A stretch of 64,000 nt of DNA from an uncultured delta proteobacterium (GTDB taxonomy: Bacteria > Desulfobacterota > SM23-61), in the NCBI GenBank assembly GCA_963760605.1, contig CAVXFA010000040.1, positions 16,970 through 80,969 of the forward strand, written 5' to 3'. How positions within the stretch are numbered: the first letter of the stretch is position 1; each line of letters opens with the position of its first letter. The notes beneath the pieces are model-generated. The model made no database searches, was not told where the DNA came from, and was given only the letters and a program-made list of their open reading frames with translations. Shown piece by piece: positions 1 to 9,774 of this stretch. The position numbers and the translations under genes are program-made.

Positions 1-1756
1 GGACAAGGTATCCTCCTTCGACCAGGATCTGCCACTTCTCCCCGGCCAGGCGGTAGATTTCCCCCAAATGGCCCCACCTGAAATAATGATGGAAAAACGG
101 CCGGTCATCCGTGGCCGGACTTAGGTCGAAAGGGTAGGTCGAATAAAATTTTTCTCCATCCCGGAGCACCTTTTGTACGCCGCCGAAGTAGATGGGCGTC
201 GGGAAACGGTTATAAACGTTGGCCTCCCCCTCGGACATACCCGGGTAATAAACTAAATCAAAGCGCAATCGCTGGCAGAAAGACTTGAGGGCCTTGATTT
301 CCTGGGATTCGATGCGTCCTTTTTTTACCAGGAGGGAAAAGGTGGACCAGGAGCGGTAAGCCAGAAGGTAATCGCCAGGTCGCTTTCCGGCCCGCTCCAG
401 GGTTTCCTTGGTCACCGAAACCAGCCGCAGTTCTGCCCGAGGCGGAGGAAGGAGATAAAGACTTATGGAAAGAAAACCCCCAGGCTTGAGGACCTGCAAA
501 TAATCTTGAAAAGCTTCCGTTGTTAACCGGTAGTCTTCGTGAAGGCTGGAGAGTCCCGTGGCAGAAGCCCCCAGACTCTCCGTCAGGGAAAGGACGATCA
601 AGTCAAAGGCCGGGGGAGCCCCGCGCACATAGCCTCTTCCATCTCCTACCGCCACCTGGATTCCTGGGCGGGAGTAAATTCCTCCGGAATAGTCATGATA
701 AGTTCCCTGGAGAAGCTCGACGATCTTGGGGTTGACCTCGGTAACCACGATTTCTCTTGAACGATGGTGCAGGGCGTTGAGTATCTCCAGGCCGCCCATC
801 GGTTCGAAGATCAACACCCGGTCGGGCTTGGCCATCTGATAGGGAAAAGAAGAGGGAAGAAAATCGATGAATCTGAGTTCATCTTTCTCTCCCGGCTTCC
901 CGCTAAATCGGGTAATGGCATTCAGGTGATCGGCATCGACCGTGAGGCCCAACTGGGGCGGAAGAGGTTCCAAATACTGAAGGCTCAACCCCGGAGCCGT
1001 CCGGGCAGCCGGGCTTTCCAAAATATCAACCCTGGAGAAGACATTCCAATGGGTTTCCAGCAAGCGCGCGCCGGGAAAGAGAAGGGCTGCGTTCAGGGCT
1101 TTGTAAGGGGAGAGCCGCAGGTCTAGAAAGGGGGGCTGCCACAGGAGAAGGAGTGCTAGAAAGCAGACCCAGGACCATCGCAGGATGGATATCGGTTTGC
1201 TGGCCCAGGCGAAAGCGATCGAAGCCAGACCCCCTAAAAGGCAAGCAAACAATAGAGTTCCTGGCCCGCCGAAAATTCCGAAAAGGCCTAGGACGAGAAG
1301 GCATCCCAGGGATGCGCCGGTCAAGTCGGAGAAATAGAGTTTCCCCGACAGGGTGCTCCATTTGGCCAGAGCGGAAGAAATGGCCAGGCCCGAGAAAAAA
1401 AATGGAATGGAAAAAACCAGATAATACAGGAAGACATAAAAAATCTGCCACCGGTCCCAGGATATACGGGCCGTGTCGAAGGGAATGAAGTTGCTAAGAA
1501 GATAAGCAGCGAGCGCACTGAATGAGAAGAGCCCCGAAGCCCGGATCAGGGTCTGGGGTGTCTCCCGACGCATGAGAGAAGGGAAAGAAGAGAGAAAAGA
1601 ACCGCTGGCCCCGTACCCGAGGAGGGCCATGCTCACGACCATGAAGGCGAAATGATACCCCTGGGCAACCGAAAGGAGGCGGATCAGGGATATCTCCAGG
1701 GTGAGGGTAGCGGCAGAATTGAGGAAGATTCCCAGGAGCAAGGAAAAAGAGACCAT
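1..1756 (-). CDS. Polyamine aminopropyltransferase (spermidine synthase)-like protein with N-terminal multi-TM domain; 5'-partial, runs off the window start
   Basis: Not in the ORF track because there is no in-window stop. Manual reverse-strand translation from ATG at 1756 gives a hydrophobic multi-helix N-terminus (MVSFSLLLGIFLNSAATLTLEISLIRLLSVAQGYHFAFMVVSMALLGYGASG...) continuous with a spermidine-synthase-like domain (MAKPDRVLIFEPMGGLEI...VVTEVNPKIVEL...VGDGRGY...LKPGGFLSISLY). Confidence 0.7.
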   Translation of the reverse strand, partial: MVSFSLLLGIFLNSAATLTLEISLIRLLSVAQGYHFAFMVVSMALLGYGASGSFLSSFPSLMRRETPQTLIRASGLFSFSALAAYLLSNFIPFDTARISWDRWQIFYVFLYYLVFSIPFFFSGLAISSALAKWSTLSGKLYFSDLTGASLGCLLVLGLFGIFGGPGTLLFACLLGGLASIAFAWASKPISILRWSWVCFLALLLLWQPPFLDLRLSPYKALNAALLFPGARLLETHWNVFSRVDILESPAARTAPGLSLQYLEPLPPQLGLTVDADHLNAITRFSGKPGEKDELRFIDFLPSSFPYQMAKPDRVLIFEPMGGLEILNALHHRSREIVVTEVNPKIVELLQGTYHDYSGGIYSRPGIQVAVGDGRGYVRGAPPAFDLIVLSLTESLGASATGLSSLHEDYRLTTEAFQDYLQVLKPGGFLSISLYLLPPPRAELRLVSVTKETLERAGKRPGDYLLAYRSWSTFSLLVKKGRIESQEIKALKSFCQRLRFDLVYYPGMSEGEANVYNRFPTPIYFGGVQKVLRDGEKFYSTYPFDLSPATDDRPFFHHYFRWGHLGEIYRLAGEKWQILVEGGYLV

Positions 1757-1864
1757 GGCTAAGCTAAAAGGGTTTAATAAGTCCTTGCCTTTATGCGTCC
1801 AGGAAGGATTATAATATACCAGGGTTTTTGAGCCAATGGAAATTTTCCTCCTGGGGAATGAATC

Positions 1865-2281
1865 TTGAAAAGGTACGAGACTTTTGACCATACTGCAGAC
1901 TTGGGCGTGCGAGTTTTTGGCCAGACCTGTGAGGAGGTCTTCGCCAACGCAGCCTACGCCCTTTTCGATTTGCTGACAGACCTGAATCACGTCCGGGAGA
2001 ATCTTTCTTACGATCTCCGAGTTGAGGCAGCGGACCGCGAAGAACTTCTGGTGCGCTGGCTGAGCGAGCTCCTGTCTCTCAGCGAGAGTCGGGGTTACCT
2101 TTTCAAAAATTTTTCCTTTTCCCATCTGGATCAGACCTCTCTGCAGGCGGAGGCTCGCGGGGAGACTTTTGAGCCTTCCCGCCATGAATTCAAGATGGAA
2201 ATCAAGGCCGTGACCTATCATCAGGTGGAATTAAAAGAGAAAGATGGGAAATGGGAAGCGAGGGTTATTTTTGACATCTAA
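1865..2281 (+). CDS. Archease (RtcB activator/chaperone)
   Basis: 138 aa; N-terminal FDHTADLG motif typical of archease; immediately upstream of rtcB. Confidence 0.85.
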   Translation: MKRYETFDHTADLGVRVFGQTCEEVFANAAYALFDLLTDLNHVRENLSYDLRVEAADREELLVRWLSELLSLSESRGYLFKNFSFSHLDQTSLQAEARGETFEPSRHEFKMEIKAVTYHQVELKEKDGKWEARVIFDI

Positions 2282-2299
2282 GAAAGAAGGGGATCGAAG

Positions 2300-3751
2300 A
2301 TGAGCGGCCAGGAGAAGATTCATCTGGAAAAGATTGATGATTATCGCTGGCGGATTCCTCGCACGGGGAAGATGCGGGTCGATGGAGTGATCTATGCAGA
2401 TGAACAGCTACTCCAGGATATTCATGAAGACGAGAGCCCGAAGCAAGTGGCCAATGTTGCCCACCTGCCGGGGATCCAGCTGTATTCTCTAGCCATGCCT
2501 GACATCCACTGGGGCTATGGCTTTCCGATCGGTGGAGTCGCTGCCTTCGACTGGCAGGAAGGCGTCATTTCTCCCGGCGGGGTAGGGTATGACATCAATT
2601 GCGGAACCCGACTGCTGGGCACCAACCTCTCCACCCGGGACCTGCGGGAAAAAATCAAGGGTTTAGTGAATGCCCTCTACCAACATATTCCTTCGGGCGT
2701 TGGGTCCAAGGGCGCCCTGCGCCTCTCCGCCCAGGAACTGCGGGAGGTCCTCAAGCAGGGTTCGACCTGGGCCGTGAAGAAGGGGTATGGCTGGCCGGAA
2801 GACCTGGATCATACGGAAGACAGAGGCTGCATGGAGGGAGCGGAGCCTGGGGTGATCAGCGAAAGAGCGATGGATCGAGGGAGGCCTCAGCTCGGCACGC
2901 TGGGTTCGGGAAATCATTTTTTGGAAGTGGGGTTCGTGGAAGAGATTTACGACCCGGAAGTCGCCCGCATCTTCGGCCTGAGGAAAGATCAGGTCACGGT
3001 TCTCATTCATTCCGGTTCTCGAGGACTGGGGTACCAGGTCTGCGATGATTTCCTGAAAAAGATGGGCGAACGGGTTCGCCAGTTAGGCTGGGAACTCCCG
3101 GACCGGCAACTGGCCTGCGACTTCGTCCGGTCATCAACGGGTCGAGATTATTTCTCTGGAATGGCCTGCGCCGCCAATTACGCCTGGGTCAACCGGCAGA
3201 TGCTTATGCACTGGACGCGAGAAGTCTTTGAGCGATTCCTCCAGATGGGTCCAAAAGAGTTGGGCATGCGTTTAGTTTACGACGTTTGTCACAACATCGC
3301 CAAGCGCGAGTTTCACACCATCGCCGGAGAGATCCGGGAGGTCTGCGTTCACCGCAAAGGGGCAACGCGCGCCTTCCCCCCGGGCCATTCCGCTGTGCCG
3401 GAAGACTACCGCAGCGTCGGCCAGCCGGTTCTCATCCCCGGCGATATGGGGCGGTACTCTTACGTGCTCGTTGGCACAGAGGGGGCTATGAAGGAAACTT
3501 TTGGCAGCACTTGCCACGGTGCCGGACGGGTACAAAGCCGAACGCAGGCGAAAAAGGCGAGCAAAGGAAGGCCGCTCCAACGCGAACTGGAAGACCGCGG
3601 GATCTTCGTCATGGCCGCAAGCCGGGGAACCCTGGCGGAAGAAGCACCGGAGGCTTACAAAGACGTAAGTCAAGTGGTGGAGGTCGTCCACCGGGCTGGG
3701 ATTTCCCGGAAAGTGGCTAAGCTCCGTCCTTGGGGAGTGGTGAAGGGATAA
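2300..3751 (+). CDS. rtcB: RNA-splicing ligase RtcB
   Basis: 483 aa; conserved RtcB blocks (GYDINCG, GSGNHF, HSGSRGLG, GRYSYVLVGT, CHGAGR). Confidence 0.95.
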   Translation: MSGQEKIHLEKIDDYRWRIPRTGKMRVDGVIYADEQLLQDIHEDESPKQVANVAHLPGIQLYSLAMPDIHWGYGFPIGGVAAFDWQEGVISPGGVGYDINCGTRLLGTNLSTRDLREKIKGLVNALYQHIPSGVGSKGALRLSAQELREVLKQGSTWAVKKGYGWPEDLDHTEDRGCMEGAEPGVISERAMDRGRPQLGTLGSGNHFLEVGFVEEIYDPEVARIFGLRKDQVTVLIHSGSRGLGYQVCDDFLKKMGERVRQLGWELPDRQLACDFVRSSTGRDYFSGMACAANYAWVNRQMLMHWTREVFERFLQMGPKELGMRLVYDVCHNIAKREFHTIAGEIREVCVHRKGATRAFPPGHSAVPEDYRSVGQPVLIPGDMGRYSYVLVGTEGAMKETFGSTCHGAGRVQSRTQAKKASKGRPLQRELEDRGIFVMAASRGTLAEEAPEAYKDVSQVVEVVHRAGISRKVAKLRPWGVVKG

Positions 3752-3753
3752 AT

Positions 3754-5766
3754 TTAAGGGGAAATTGCCACGGGGACGGTCCCTTCCCGGAAGCATTCGA
3801 AAATAACTTTCTCGGATTGCGCCGGATGCCCTGGCCCGAGGGGCTCGCCAGTGGCTGCGTCTACCTTGGCGAAGACAATTCCTTCGGGGAGGGAGAAATT
3901 TTCTACCGGTTCTCCGGCGACGGCTTCTTTCATAAATTCCAACCAGATCGGCAGAGCGGCGACAGCTCCGGTCTCGTGGGTCCCCAGAGGCTTCTCAATA
4001 TCATACCCCATCCAGGCTCCGGCGACCAATCGCTGGGGGACGAAGCCGATAAACCAGGCATCCCGGGTGTCGTTGGTCGTTCCCGTCTTCCCGGCCGCGG
4101 GCCGACCCAATGTTCTGGCCCGTTGGGCCGTTCCTTCCTGAATAACGCTCTGCAACAAGCTGGTGATCAGGTACGAAGTTTGGGGGCTGATGACTTCAAC
4201 GGCAGAAGGTTCCACTTCTTCCAGGATGTTGCCGTCTTTGTCCAAAATCCGGGTGATCAATAACGGCTCGGCCCGGTAACCCTGAGCAGCGAAGACCCCA
4301 TAAGCGCTGGTCAGCTCCAGCAGGGTTACATTTGCGGAGCCCAAAGCCAGCGAGAGGTTCGGTTCGAGTTTGGATTTGATTCCTAAGTTCTTGGCGTACT
4401 CGATCAGGTAGTCTATCCCGATGGACTGGGCGATCTTTACCGTGACCACGTTTCGGGAAAAGTTCAGGGCCTTGCGCAAGGTAATCGGCCCCCAGAACTC
4501 CCGGTCGAAATTTTGGGGCTCCCAAGGCTCCTTTCCGGGAACGTCGACGTAGGAGAAGGGCTCATCCACGATTACCGTGGCCGGGGTGAACCCCTTATCC
4601 AAAGCAGCGGCATAGACGATGGGCTTGAAAGCTGACCCGGCTTGCCTGCTGGCCTGAGTGGCTCGGTTGAACTGGCTCGACGAGAAATCCCGTCCTCCGA
4701 CCATGGCCAGGATATAACCCGTCTGCGGATCGAGGGCGATCAGTGCTCCCTCCACTTGATCCCGGCCCTTTCCCTGACCTTCCCGGGTCTCGAACTCCTC
4801 CAGCCCTTTCAGTACCGCTTTTTGAGCGGCCCGCTGCAGCCTGGAAGTGATGGTCGTGTAGATCTTCAGGCCCCCTTTATACAACCGGTCTTTGCCGTAC
4901 TTCTCCTCAACGTACAGGCGCACCTGTTCCAGGGCGAAAGGGGCTTCATTGTAGCCCTTAGGCCCCTTGGGCCGTAACCTGATTTCCTCGGCCATGGCTT
5001 TTAGGGCCTGTTCCGGCATGATCATTTGGCGCTCGACCATGCGGTTGAGCACATAGAGTTGGCGATCCCGCGCCTTCTTGGGATGGCGCAGAGGAGATAG
5101 GTTATTCGGGGACGGAGGTAGACCGGCGAGCATCGCGCATTCGGCCAACGTCAAGTTCTGTGGGGATTTCCCAAAATAGGCCTTGGATGCGGCGCCTACC
5201 CCGAAGGCTCCTTCTCCCAAGTATATTTGATTGAGGTAAAGGTAAAGGATCTCGTTCTTGGTCAGGTAGTGCTCGATGCGCTGGGCCAAGATAGCCTCCT
5301 TGACTTTGCGGATAAAGCTCCGCTCGGGGGTAAGGAAGAATGATTTGGCGATCTGCTGGGTGATCGTGGACCCTCCCTGCACCACGTCGAAGGCCTCGAT
5401 ATTGCGGAAGGCGGCCCCCAGTATCCTCCGGTAATCAATCCCCTGGTGTTCGAAAAAACGCGCATCCTCCGCGGCGACGAAGGCCTTGATCAATAATCGG
5501 GACATCTGGGAAAGAGGCAGGACAGTCCGCCTTTCCAAAAAGAACTCGCCGATCAAGACTTCATCGTCGGAATAGACTTCGGAGACAATGTAGGGCTGAT
5601 AATCTTTCAGGGTGGTCAACCTGGGAAGATCGTAGACGAAGGCGAAGTAGAAGACGGTGGCGGCCCCGGCCAGGAGCAGGAGGATCAAGAAAAAAACCAG
5701 AACCAGAGCATTCCAGCGGATTCCCATTTTTTTCTTTGCCGGTTTTGCATTCTGATTATTCATCAT
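3754..5766 (-). CDS. mrcA: Class A penicillin-binding protein 1A (transglycosylase/transpeptidase)
   Basis: 670 aa; N-terminal TM anchor; glycosyltransferase motifs (EDARFFEHQGID, GGSTITQQ); transpeptidase SxxK-like STFK region (RQAGSAFKP) and KTGTT. Confidence 0.9.
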   Translation of the reverse strand: MMNNQNAKPAKKKMGIRWNALVLVFFLILLLLAGAATVFYFAFVYDLPRLTTLKDYQPYIVSEVYSDDEVLIGEFFLERRTVLPLSQMSRLLIKAFVAAEDARFFEHQGIDYRRILGAAFRNIEAFDVVQGGSTITQQIAKSFFLTPERSFIRKVKEAILAQRIEHYLTKNEILYLYLNQIYLGEGAFGVGAASKAYFGKSPQNLTLAECAMLAGLPPSPNNLSPLRHPKKARDRQLYVLNRMVERQMIMPEQALKAMAEEIRLRPKGPKGYNEAPFALEQVRLYVEEKYGKDRLYKGGLKIYTTITSRLQRAAQKAVLKGLEEFETREGQGKGRDQVEGALIALDPQTGYILAMVGGRDFSSSQFNRATQASRQAGSAFKPIVYAAALDKGFTPATVIVDEPFSYVDVPGKEPWEPQNFDREFWGPITLRKALNFSRNVVTVKIAQSIGIDYLIEYAKNLGIKSKLEPNLSLALGSANVTLLELTSAYGVFAAQGYRAEPLLITRILDKDGNILEEVEPSAVEVISPQTSYLITSLLQSVIQEGTAQRARTLGRPAAGKTGTTNDTRDAWFIGFVPQRLVAGAWMGYDIEKPLGTHETGAVAALPIWLEFMKEAVAGEPVENFSLPEGIVFAKVDAATGEPLGPGHPAQSEKVIFECFREGTVPVAISP

Positions 5767-5854
5767 TTTAAATTATACCACATCTTCGACGATTGAGCCT
5801 CCCCGGCCGAAAAGGATCGGAAGTCAAGGAAATATTTCTAGAAACCCCGAGGAA

Positions 5855-6712
5855 CTAAGGCTGTTTTTTGAATACGCCAATCCCATTAGGAATGGCCCAT
5901 CCCCCGGGAATGTCAATTTTCAAGGACTTATATTCTGCGTACATTTGGGCCGAGCCTCCACCGTCGAGGGCTAAAGCATCTCGGCACTCCAGACCGCCCT
6001 CGGATTCAGGAAGGCGAAAAATCCTTGCCAAATCCTGGAAGTAGGCGTCCGTATCCTCCGTGTTCAGTAGGATAATCTGATTCTTGAACGTAATGCCCAG
6101 AGCAGAGCGCCTGGATACCTGCTTTTTCATAATCTTTACCTTGCCATCGACTACGAGCCGCGGGCCAACCTGGAGCGCCTGGGAAATGGTCCCGTCATTT
6201 TCGAACTCTTTCGTGTGGATAATACGGGGGCGGCTGTCCTGGATCAGAAAAATTCCCCAATCTGCTTTCCGCAAGGGGTTGACCTCCCGGCCGTCAACGA
6301 TCAAAAAGCCGAGGGGCCTATAATCTGGGAAAAAGAATCCACCGTTGATCGCAGCCAGGGCTTGGGCTCGCCTGGCCAGGGTCTTGATCTCCATCCTGTC
6401 CACCCCAAAAGCCCGGCTGTCGAGCACTCGAACCTGGAACCGATCCGGGTCTATCCTCAGAACCCTCAGCTTGAAGAAGGTTTGGTATGGCGGGCCGTCA
6501 AGTTGTATGAACCCGGCCTCGAATCCTTCATCGATTTTTTGCCAAAAAGTGCCCGCGGAGGAGTTGGCGGCCTGGCCCATCAGCATCGGGGACGCTGTAA
6601 GGACCAAGAGCAAGGAGGCCCACTGTAATTTTTTTCCCCCCAAAAGTTTAATCTCCCCCCTTCTTTTAATAAAAATTATATACCAAATAGTTGCCCTAAT
6701 GGAATACCCCAT
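5855..6712 (-). CDS. Phosphodiester glycosidase (NAGPA-like/DUF2233) family secreted protein
   Basis: 285 aa; signal-peptide-like N-terminus; family-like blocks (INGGFF, ALALDGGGS). True start is probably internal to the track ORF. Confidence 0.55.
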   Translation of the reverse strand: MGYSIRATIWYIIFIKRRGEIKLLGGKKLQWASLLLVLTASPMLMGQAANSSAGTFWQKIDEGFEAGFIQLDGPPYQTFFKLRVLRIDPDRFQVRVLDSRAFGVDRMEIKTLARRAQALAAINGGFFFPDYRPLGFLIVDGREVNPLRKADWGIFLIQDSRPRIIHTKEFENDGTISQALQVGPRLVVDGKVKIMKKQVSRRSALGITFKNQIILLNTEDTDAYFQDLARIFRLPESEGGLECRDALALDGGGSAQMYAEYKSLKIDIPGGWAIPNGIGVFKKQP

Positions 6713-6841
6713 AAATCTTGCCCATAAATAACCCTAAGAATTGGCCCATGAGGCATGATGGAATGAAGCTTCGCCTGCGCAACAGAGGACTCTTAGCGGA
6801 AGGGGAGAATGAGAGAATAAAAAATGCCAGGGGGCCAGAAT

Positions 6842-8236
6842 TCAGGATTCCTGGAAGGTTTTCTCCAAAATCTCCAAGGCCATGTCGATCTCCCGCTGGC
6901 GGACATCCAGAGGCGGGAGGAAGCGGATGACCTTATACCCACAGCCCAGGAGTAAAAGGCCGCGGTCCAATGCTCTGCGCAGGATCCGGTCCCGCCTCTC
7001 CGATCCATCGATTTCGATGCCATCCATCAGGCCGATGCCCCGCACATCCAAGATGAAGGGGTATCTCCTCTGCAGCCTCCTGAGTTGGCCTAAAAAGTAA
7101 TTTCCCTGGCGGGTGGCATTGTCCAGCAGATTTTCCTTCTGGATGACTTCGATAATTGTGTAGCCGATGGCCGAGCTTAGAGCATTCCCTTCCCCCCAAG
7201 TGCTGGAGATGCGGTATTCCAGCTGGGGAAAGAGCTCTGTTTTACCCAGGGTAGCGCCCACGCGAAGAGACTTGGCGACGGTGATGATGTCCGGCTGAAT
7301 GCCAAAGTGCTCAATGGCCCACCATTTTCCGGTTCGACCCAATCCGGTCTGAATCTCGTCGGCGATCAGGGGAATAGAATATTTTTTCGCCAGACGTTCT
7401 ACTTCTCTCATGAACTCTAGGCTGGGAACGTTATAGCCACCTTCTCCTTGGATGGGCTCGAGGATGATAAAGGCCACTTCTCCCGGGTCCACCAGGCCGA
7501 TGTCCGGGTCCAGATAATGATCCAACCGGCTGCGTATCCCTTCCTTTCCCGTACAGCAAACCATCCAGCCGCAGTTACAGGGATGGTCCCGACAGGTGCA
7601 GAAAGGGAAGTCCGCGATGTTGGGGATTTGGGGAAACCAGTCCCGCTGGATCCTCTTGCTGCGGTTGAGGGAAAGCGCACCTAACGTACGGCCATGGAAA
7701 GCCCCATAGAAACAGATGCCATAGCCATAATTCTTTTTGTGGTCATAGCAAATTTTTATAGCATTCTCCACCGCCTCAGCCCCGGAGCTGGTGAAGAAGG
7801 CTGAGCCGAATCCAAACTGGGAGGTAATTTCCATCAGTTTGTAATGAAGGTGCGATGGCGTGGGGATCTCCGATTTTTCCGGGTCTTCCCCCCAGGCGCC
7901 GATAAAGTCGCATCCGGCATACCGGTCAGGGTCGACGCCTTGGAGCTGGGCGGCCCTGCGTACCAGAGCAGGGTGGTTGTAGCCCAGGGCTGAGCTTCCG
8001 ACGTGCGAGACAAAATCCAAGATCACGTTTCCGTCCACGTCCGTGCAGAAGGGCCCGATGGCCGGTTGGGATCGGTCCCAAATGAATCCTTCATGATAGG
8101 TGGAACGGGCGGCATACCGGCGATGGAATTCAGCCCACTTGCGGGCATTAGGGCCGGGGGGTGGGGTCTTGATTTTTACGAAAGCTGTGTCTCTCTCCAT
8201 GGACTTCGACTCCTCAGATTCAGGTTGAAGGGCCAA
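6842..8236 (-). CDS. Class III (PLP-dependent) aminotransferase with a Cys-rich insertion
   Basis: 464 aa; class-III AT blocks (GSAFFTSSGAEAVENAIK, FHGRT, ILEPIQGEGG, ADEIQTGLGRTGKWWA, TVAKSL). An extra segment of about 40 aa containing FCTCRDHPCNCGWMVCC lies between the FHGRT and EPIQGEGG blocks. Confidence 0.8.
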   Translation of the reverse strand: MALQPESEESKSMERDTAFVKIKTPPPGPNARKWAEFHRRYAARSTYHEGFIWDRSQPAIGPFCTDVDGNVILDFVSHVGSSALGYNHPALVRRAAQLQGVDPDRYAGCDFIGAWGEDPEKSEIPTPSHLHYKLMEITSQFGFGSAFFTSSGAEAVENAIKICYDHKKNYGYGICFYGAFHGRTLGALSLNRSKRIQRDWFPQIPNIADFPFCTCRDHPCNCGWMVCCTGKEGIRSRLDHYLDPDIGLVDPGEVAFIILEPIQGEGGYNVPSLEFMREVERLAKKYSIPLIADEIQTGLGRTGKWWAIEHFGIQPDIITVAKSLRVGATLGKTELFPQLEYRISSTWGEGNALSSAIGYTIIEVIQKENLLDNATRQGNYFLGQLRRLQRRYPFILDVRGIGLMDGIEIDGSERRDRILRRALDRGLLLLGCGYKVIRFLPPLDVRQREIDMALEILEKTFQES

Positions 8237-8520
8237 AAAATACTAACAGCCAAGGGCGGTGTTTGTCAAATTTAGACCCCCCCAGGCCGGACCCCGATCA
8301 CCAGGCGATGAGGGGGGTGGCCTGCGCGGGAGGCTGATGCTCCCTCGTTCATCGGCCTCCTACCTCGACCAGGAGGGAATTTCTCCAAAAAGCGAAGGGG
8401 GCAAGTTTGTGAATGGGGAAAGGGGGTCAAAAAGGGGCAATTGTAATAAAGTATTTCGTTGCTCTTCTCACTCAGATTCATTTCCATGATTTCAACTCTT
8501 TTAGAAAAATCCTTATCTCG

Positions 8521-8830
8521 CTAGAGGAGGTTTTCGACCTTTTTTATCCCTAAACTAATGGTCATCGGCTCGCGCTTAAAATGCTGCGCAATTTCTTTGA
8601 CCCCGAACCCTGCCAACTTCCTTGCCAGATACGCTGCCAGGTTACGACCATAAGCTTCCTGGCGGTCACGGCCGGTCAATAAAACGAGACCGATCTTGGT
8701 CATCTTCAAGAATCGCCGCCTTGTTGATTCCCCGCACCATAATATGGTGAAGGGCGCCAGGGACGTAAGGCGAAATCAGAGAGATGAGCTTCGGTCCCTG
8801 CTTGGGGCGGTGCCGAGCGCTTTCATTTTG
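8521..8830 (-). pseudogene. Remnant of an IS200/IS605-like (REP-associated tyrosine transposase-type) transposase gene
   Basis: The 62-aa track ORF matches the DnaA-like HTH C-terminus seen in these transposases. Manual translation just upstream (8740-8830, minus) gives the HUH-transposase N-terminal motif PGALHHIMVRGINKAAI. The middle of the gene is missing. Confidence 0.5.
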
Positions 8831-8913
8831 GACTTTTTTCTGATATAAATGTTTCAGAAAACGGATACCAATCGAAGCAATACGGATAGTTCTGTTTTGA
8901 AGGGAGAAGGAAA

Positions 8914-9105
8914 ATGTCTACATTCCAGGAACAGTTTGTTGTGGACCCGAAGGGGAAGAAAACCGGCGTGATTCTTCCTCTGGCCCGTTATCGGAAACTT
9001 ATGGAAGATTTGCACGACCTCGCGGTTGTCGCCGAACGTCGGGACGAAAAACCGATTCCATTTGAAGAACTAAAACGGCGGTTGAAAAGGAATGGCCTCC
9101 TATAA
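8914..9105 (+). CDS. Type II antitoxin (Phd/YefM or RelB-like)
   Basis: 63 aa; overlaps the downstream RelE-family toxin gene by 14 nt; typical TA architecture. Confidence 0.65.
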   Translation: MSTFQEQFVVDPKGKKTGVILPLARYRKLMEDLHDLAVVAERRDEKPIPFEELKRRLKRNGLL

Positions 9106-9355
9106 CATCGTTTTCAAACCATCGGTTGAAAAAGATCTACGCTCTCTGCCTAAATCGGTGATCGCCCGGGTCTTAAGACAGATTGAGGCTCTGAGGGAGA
9201 ATCCATTTCCGCGTCAGTCCGTAAAGTTGGCTGGCGCGGAACAGCTTTACCGAATACGCGTCGGGGACTATCGCGTCGTCTACGCGGTGGATAAAGAGGC
9301 GCAAGAGATTATAGTTCAATACATCCGGCATCGCCGAGAAGTTTATCGCGGATAA
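9092..9355 (+). CDS. RelE/ParE-family type II toxin
   Basis: 87 aa; RelE/ParE-like ending (RIRVGDYRVVYAVDKEAQEIIVQYIRHRREVY). Confidence 0.8.
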   Translation: MASYNIVFKPSVEKDLRSLPKSVIARVLRQIEALRENPFPRQSVKLAGAEQLYRIRVGDYRVVYAVDKEAQEIIVQYIRHRREVYRG

Positions 9356-9616
9356 TAGAAAACCTTCCGAACCATATATGGCGTCTCCATGATCGTTTTC
9401 TGATCAGAGCTGCTATATTCTAATTCAAGCATTGCTGCCAGGCAACGAAAATGTGGTGCTACGCTAAAGCCTCCGCTACTACCTCGGTGATATCCATAAC
9501 CTTCAGCGACCTTTTCTTTTCTCTTCGGATTCGGGCAGCCGCTTCTTGAAGGCTTGATTCGCATGAGGGGCAAGCGGACAAAAAGCCAAGAAAGGCAAGT
9601 CTGTGATACCTCTGCG

Positions 9617-9686
9617 CAAATTTCTTTGACACACAATTGCCTTTCTTGTATATTTAACCCACCCAAAAGCGAGTTCTTATCAATTC
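9617..9686 (+). promoter_or_regulatory. Promoter-operator module, copy 1: TTGACA-N17-TATATT followed by the 31-bp box TTAACCCACCCAAAAGCGAGTTCTTATCAAT
   Basis: Near-consensus sigma70 hexamers with 17-bp spacing read directly from the sequence; the same module recurs at 12233-12340. Confidence 0.5.
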
Positions 9687-9774
9687 GATCGAGAAGAATG
9701 GGGAGGGCTATGACATCCGGCACGTTTTCTGGGTGGAAACGATCCTGCGGCGAACCCGCTGGGAGATGGAAGCC

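Noticed and set aside
764-1488. Plus-strand track ORFs 764-1126 and 1153-1488 and minus ORFs 1026-1451, 1321-1518
   Set aside because: All lie antisense or out of frame to the long edge-running spermidine-synthase-like gene. Their amino-acid compositions (Arg/Gly/Pro-rich) are typical of spurious ORFs in GC-rich coding DNA.
2599-3796. ORFs 2599-3048(+), 2663-3010(-), 3272-3796(-), 3286-3720(+) inside rtcB
   Set aside because: Shadow ORFs overlapping a strongly supported RtcB reading frame.
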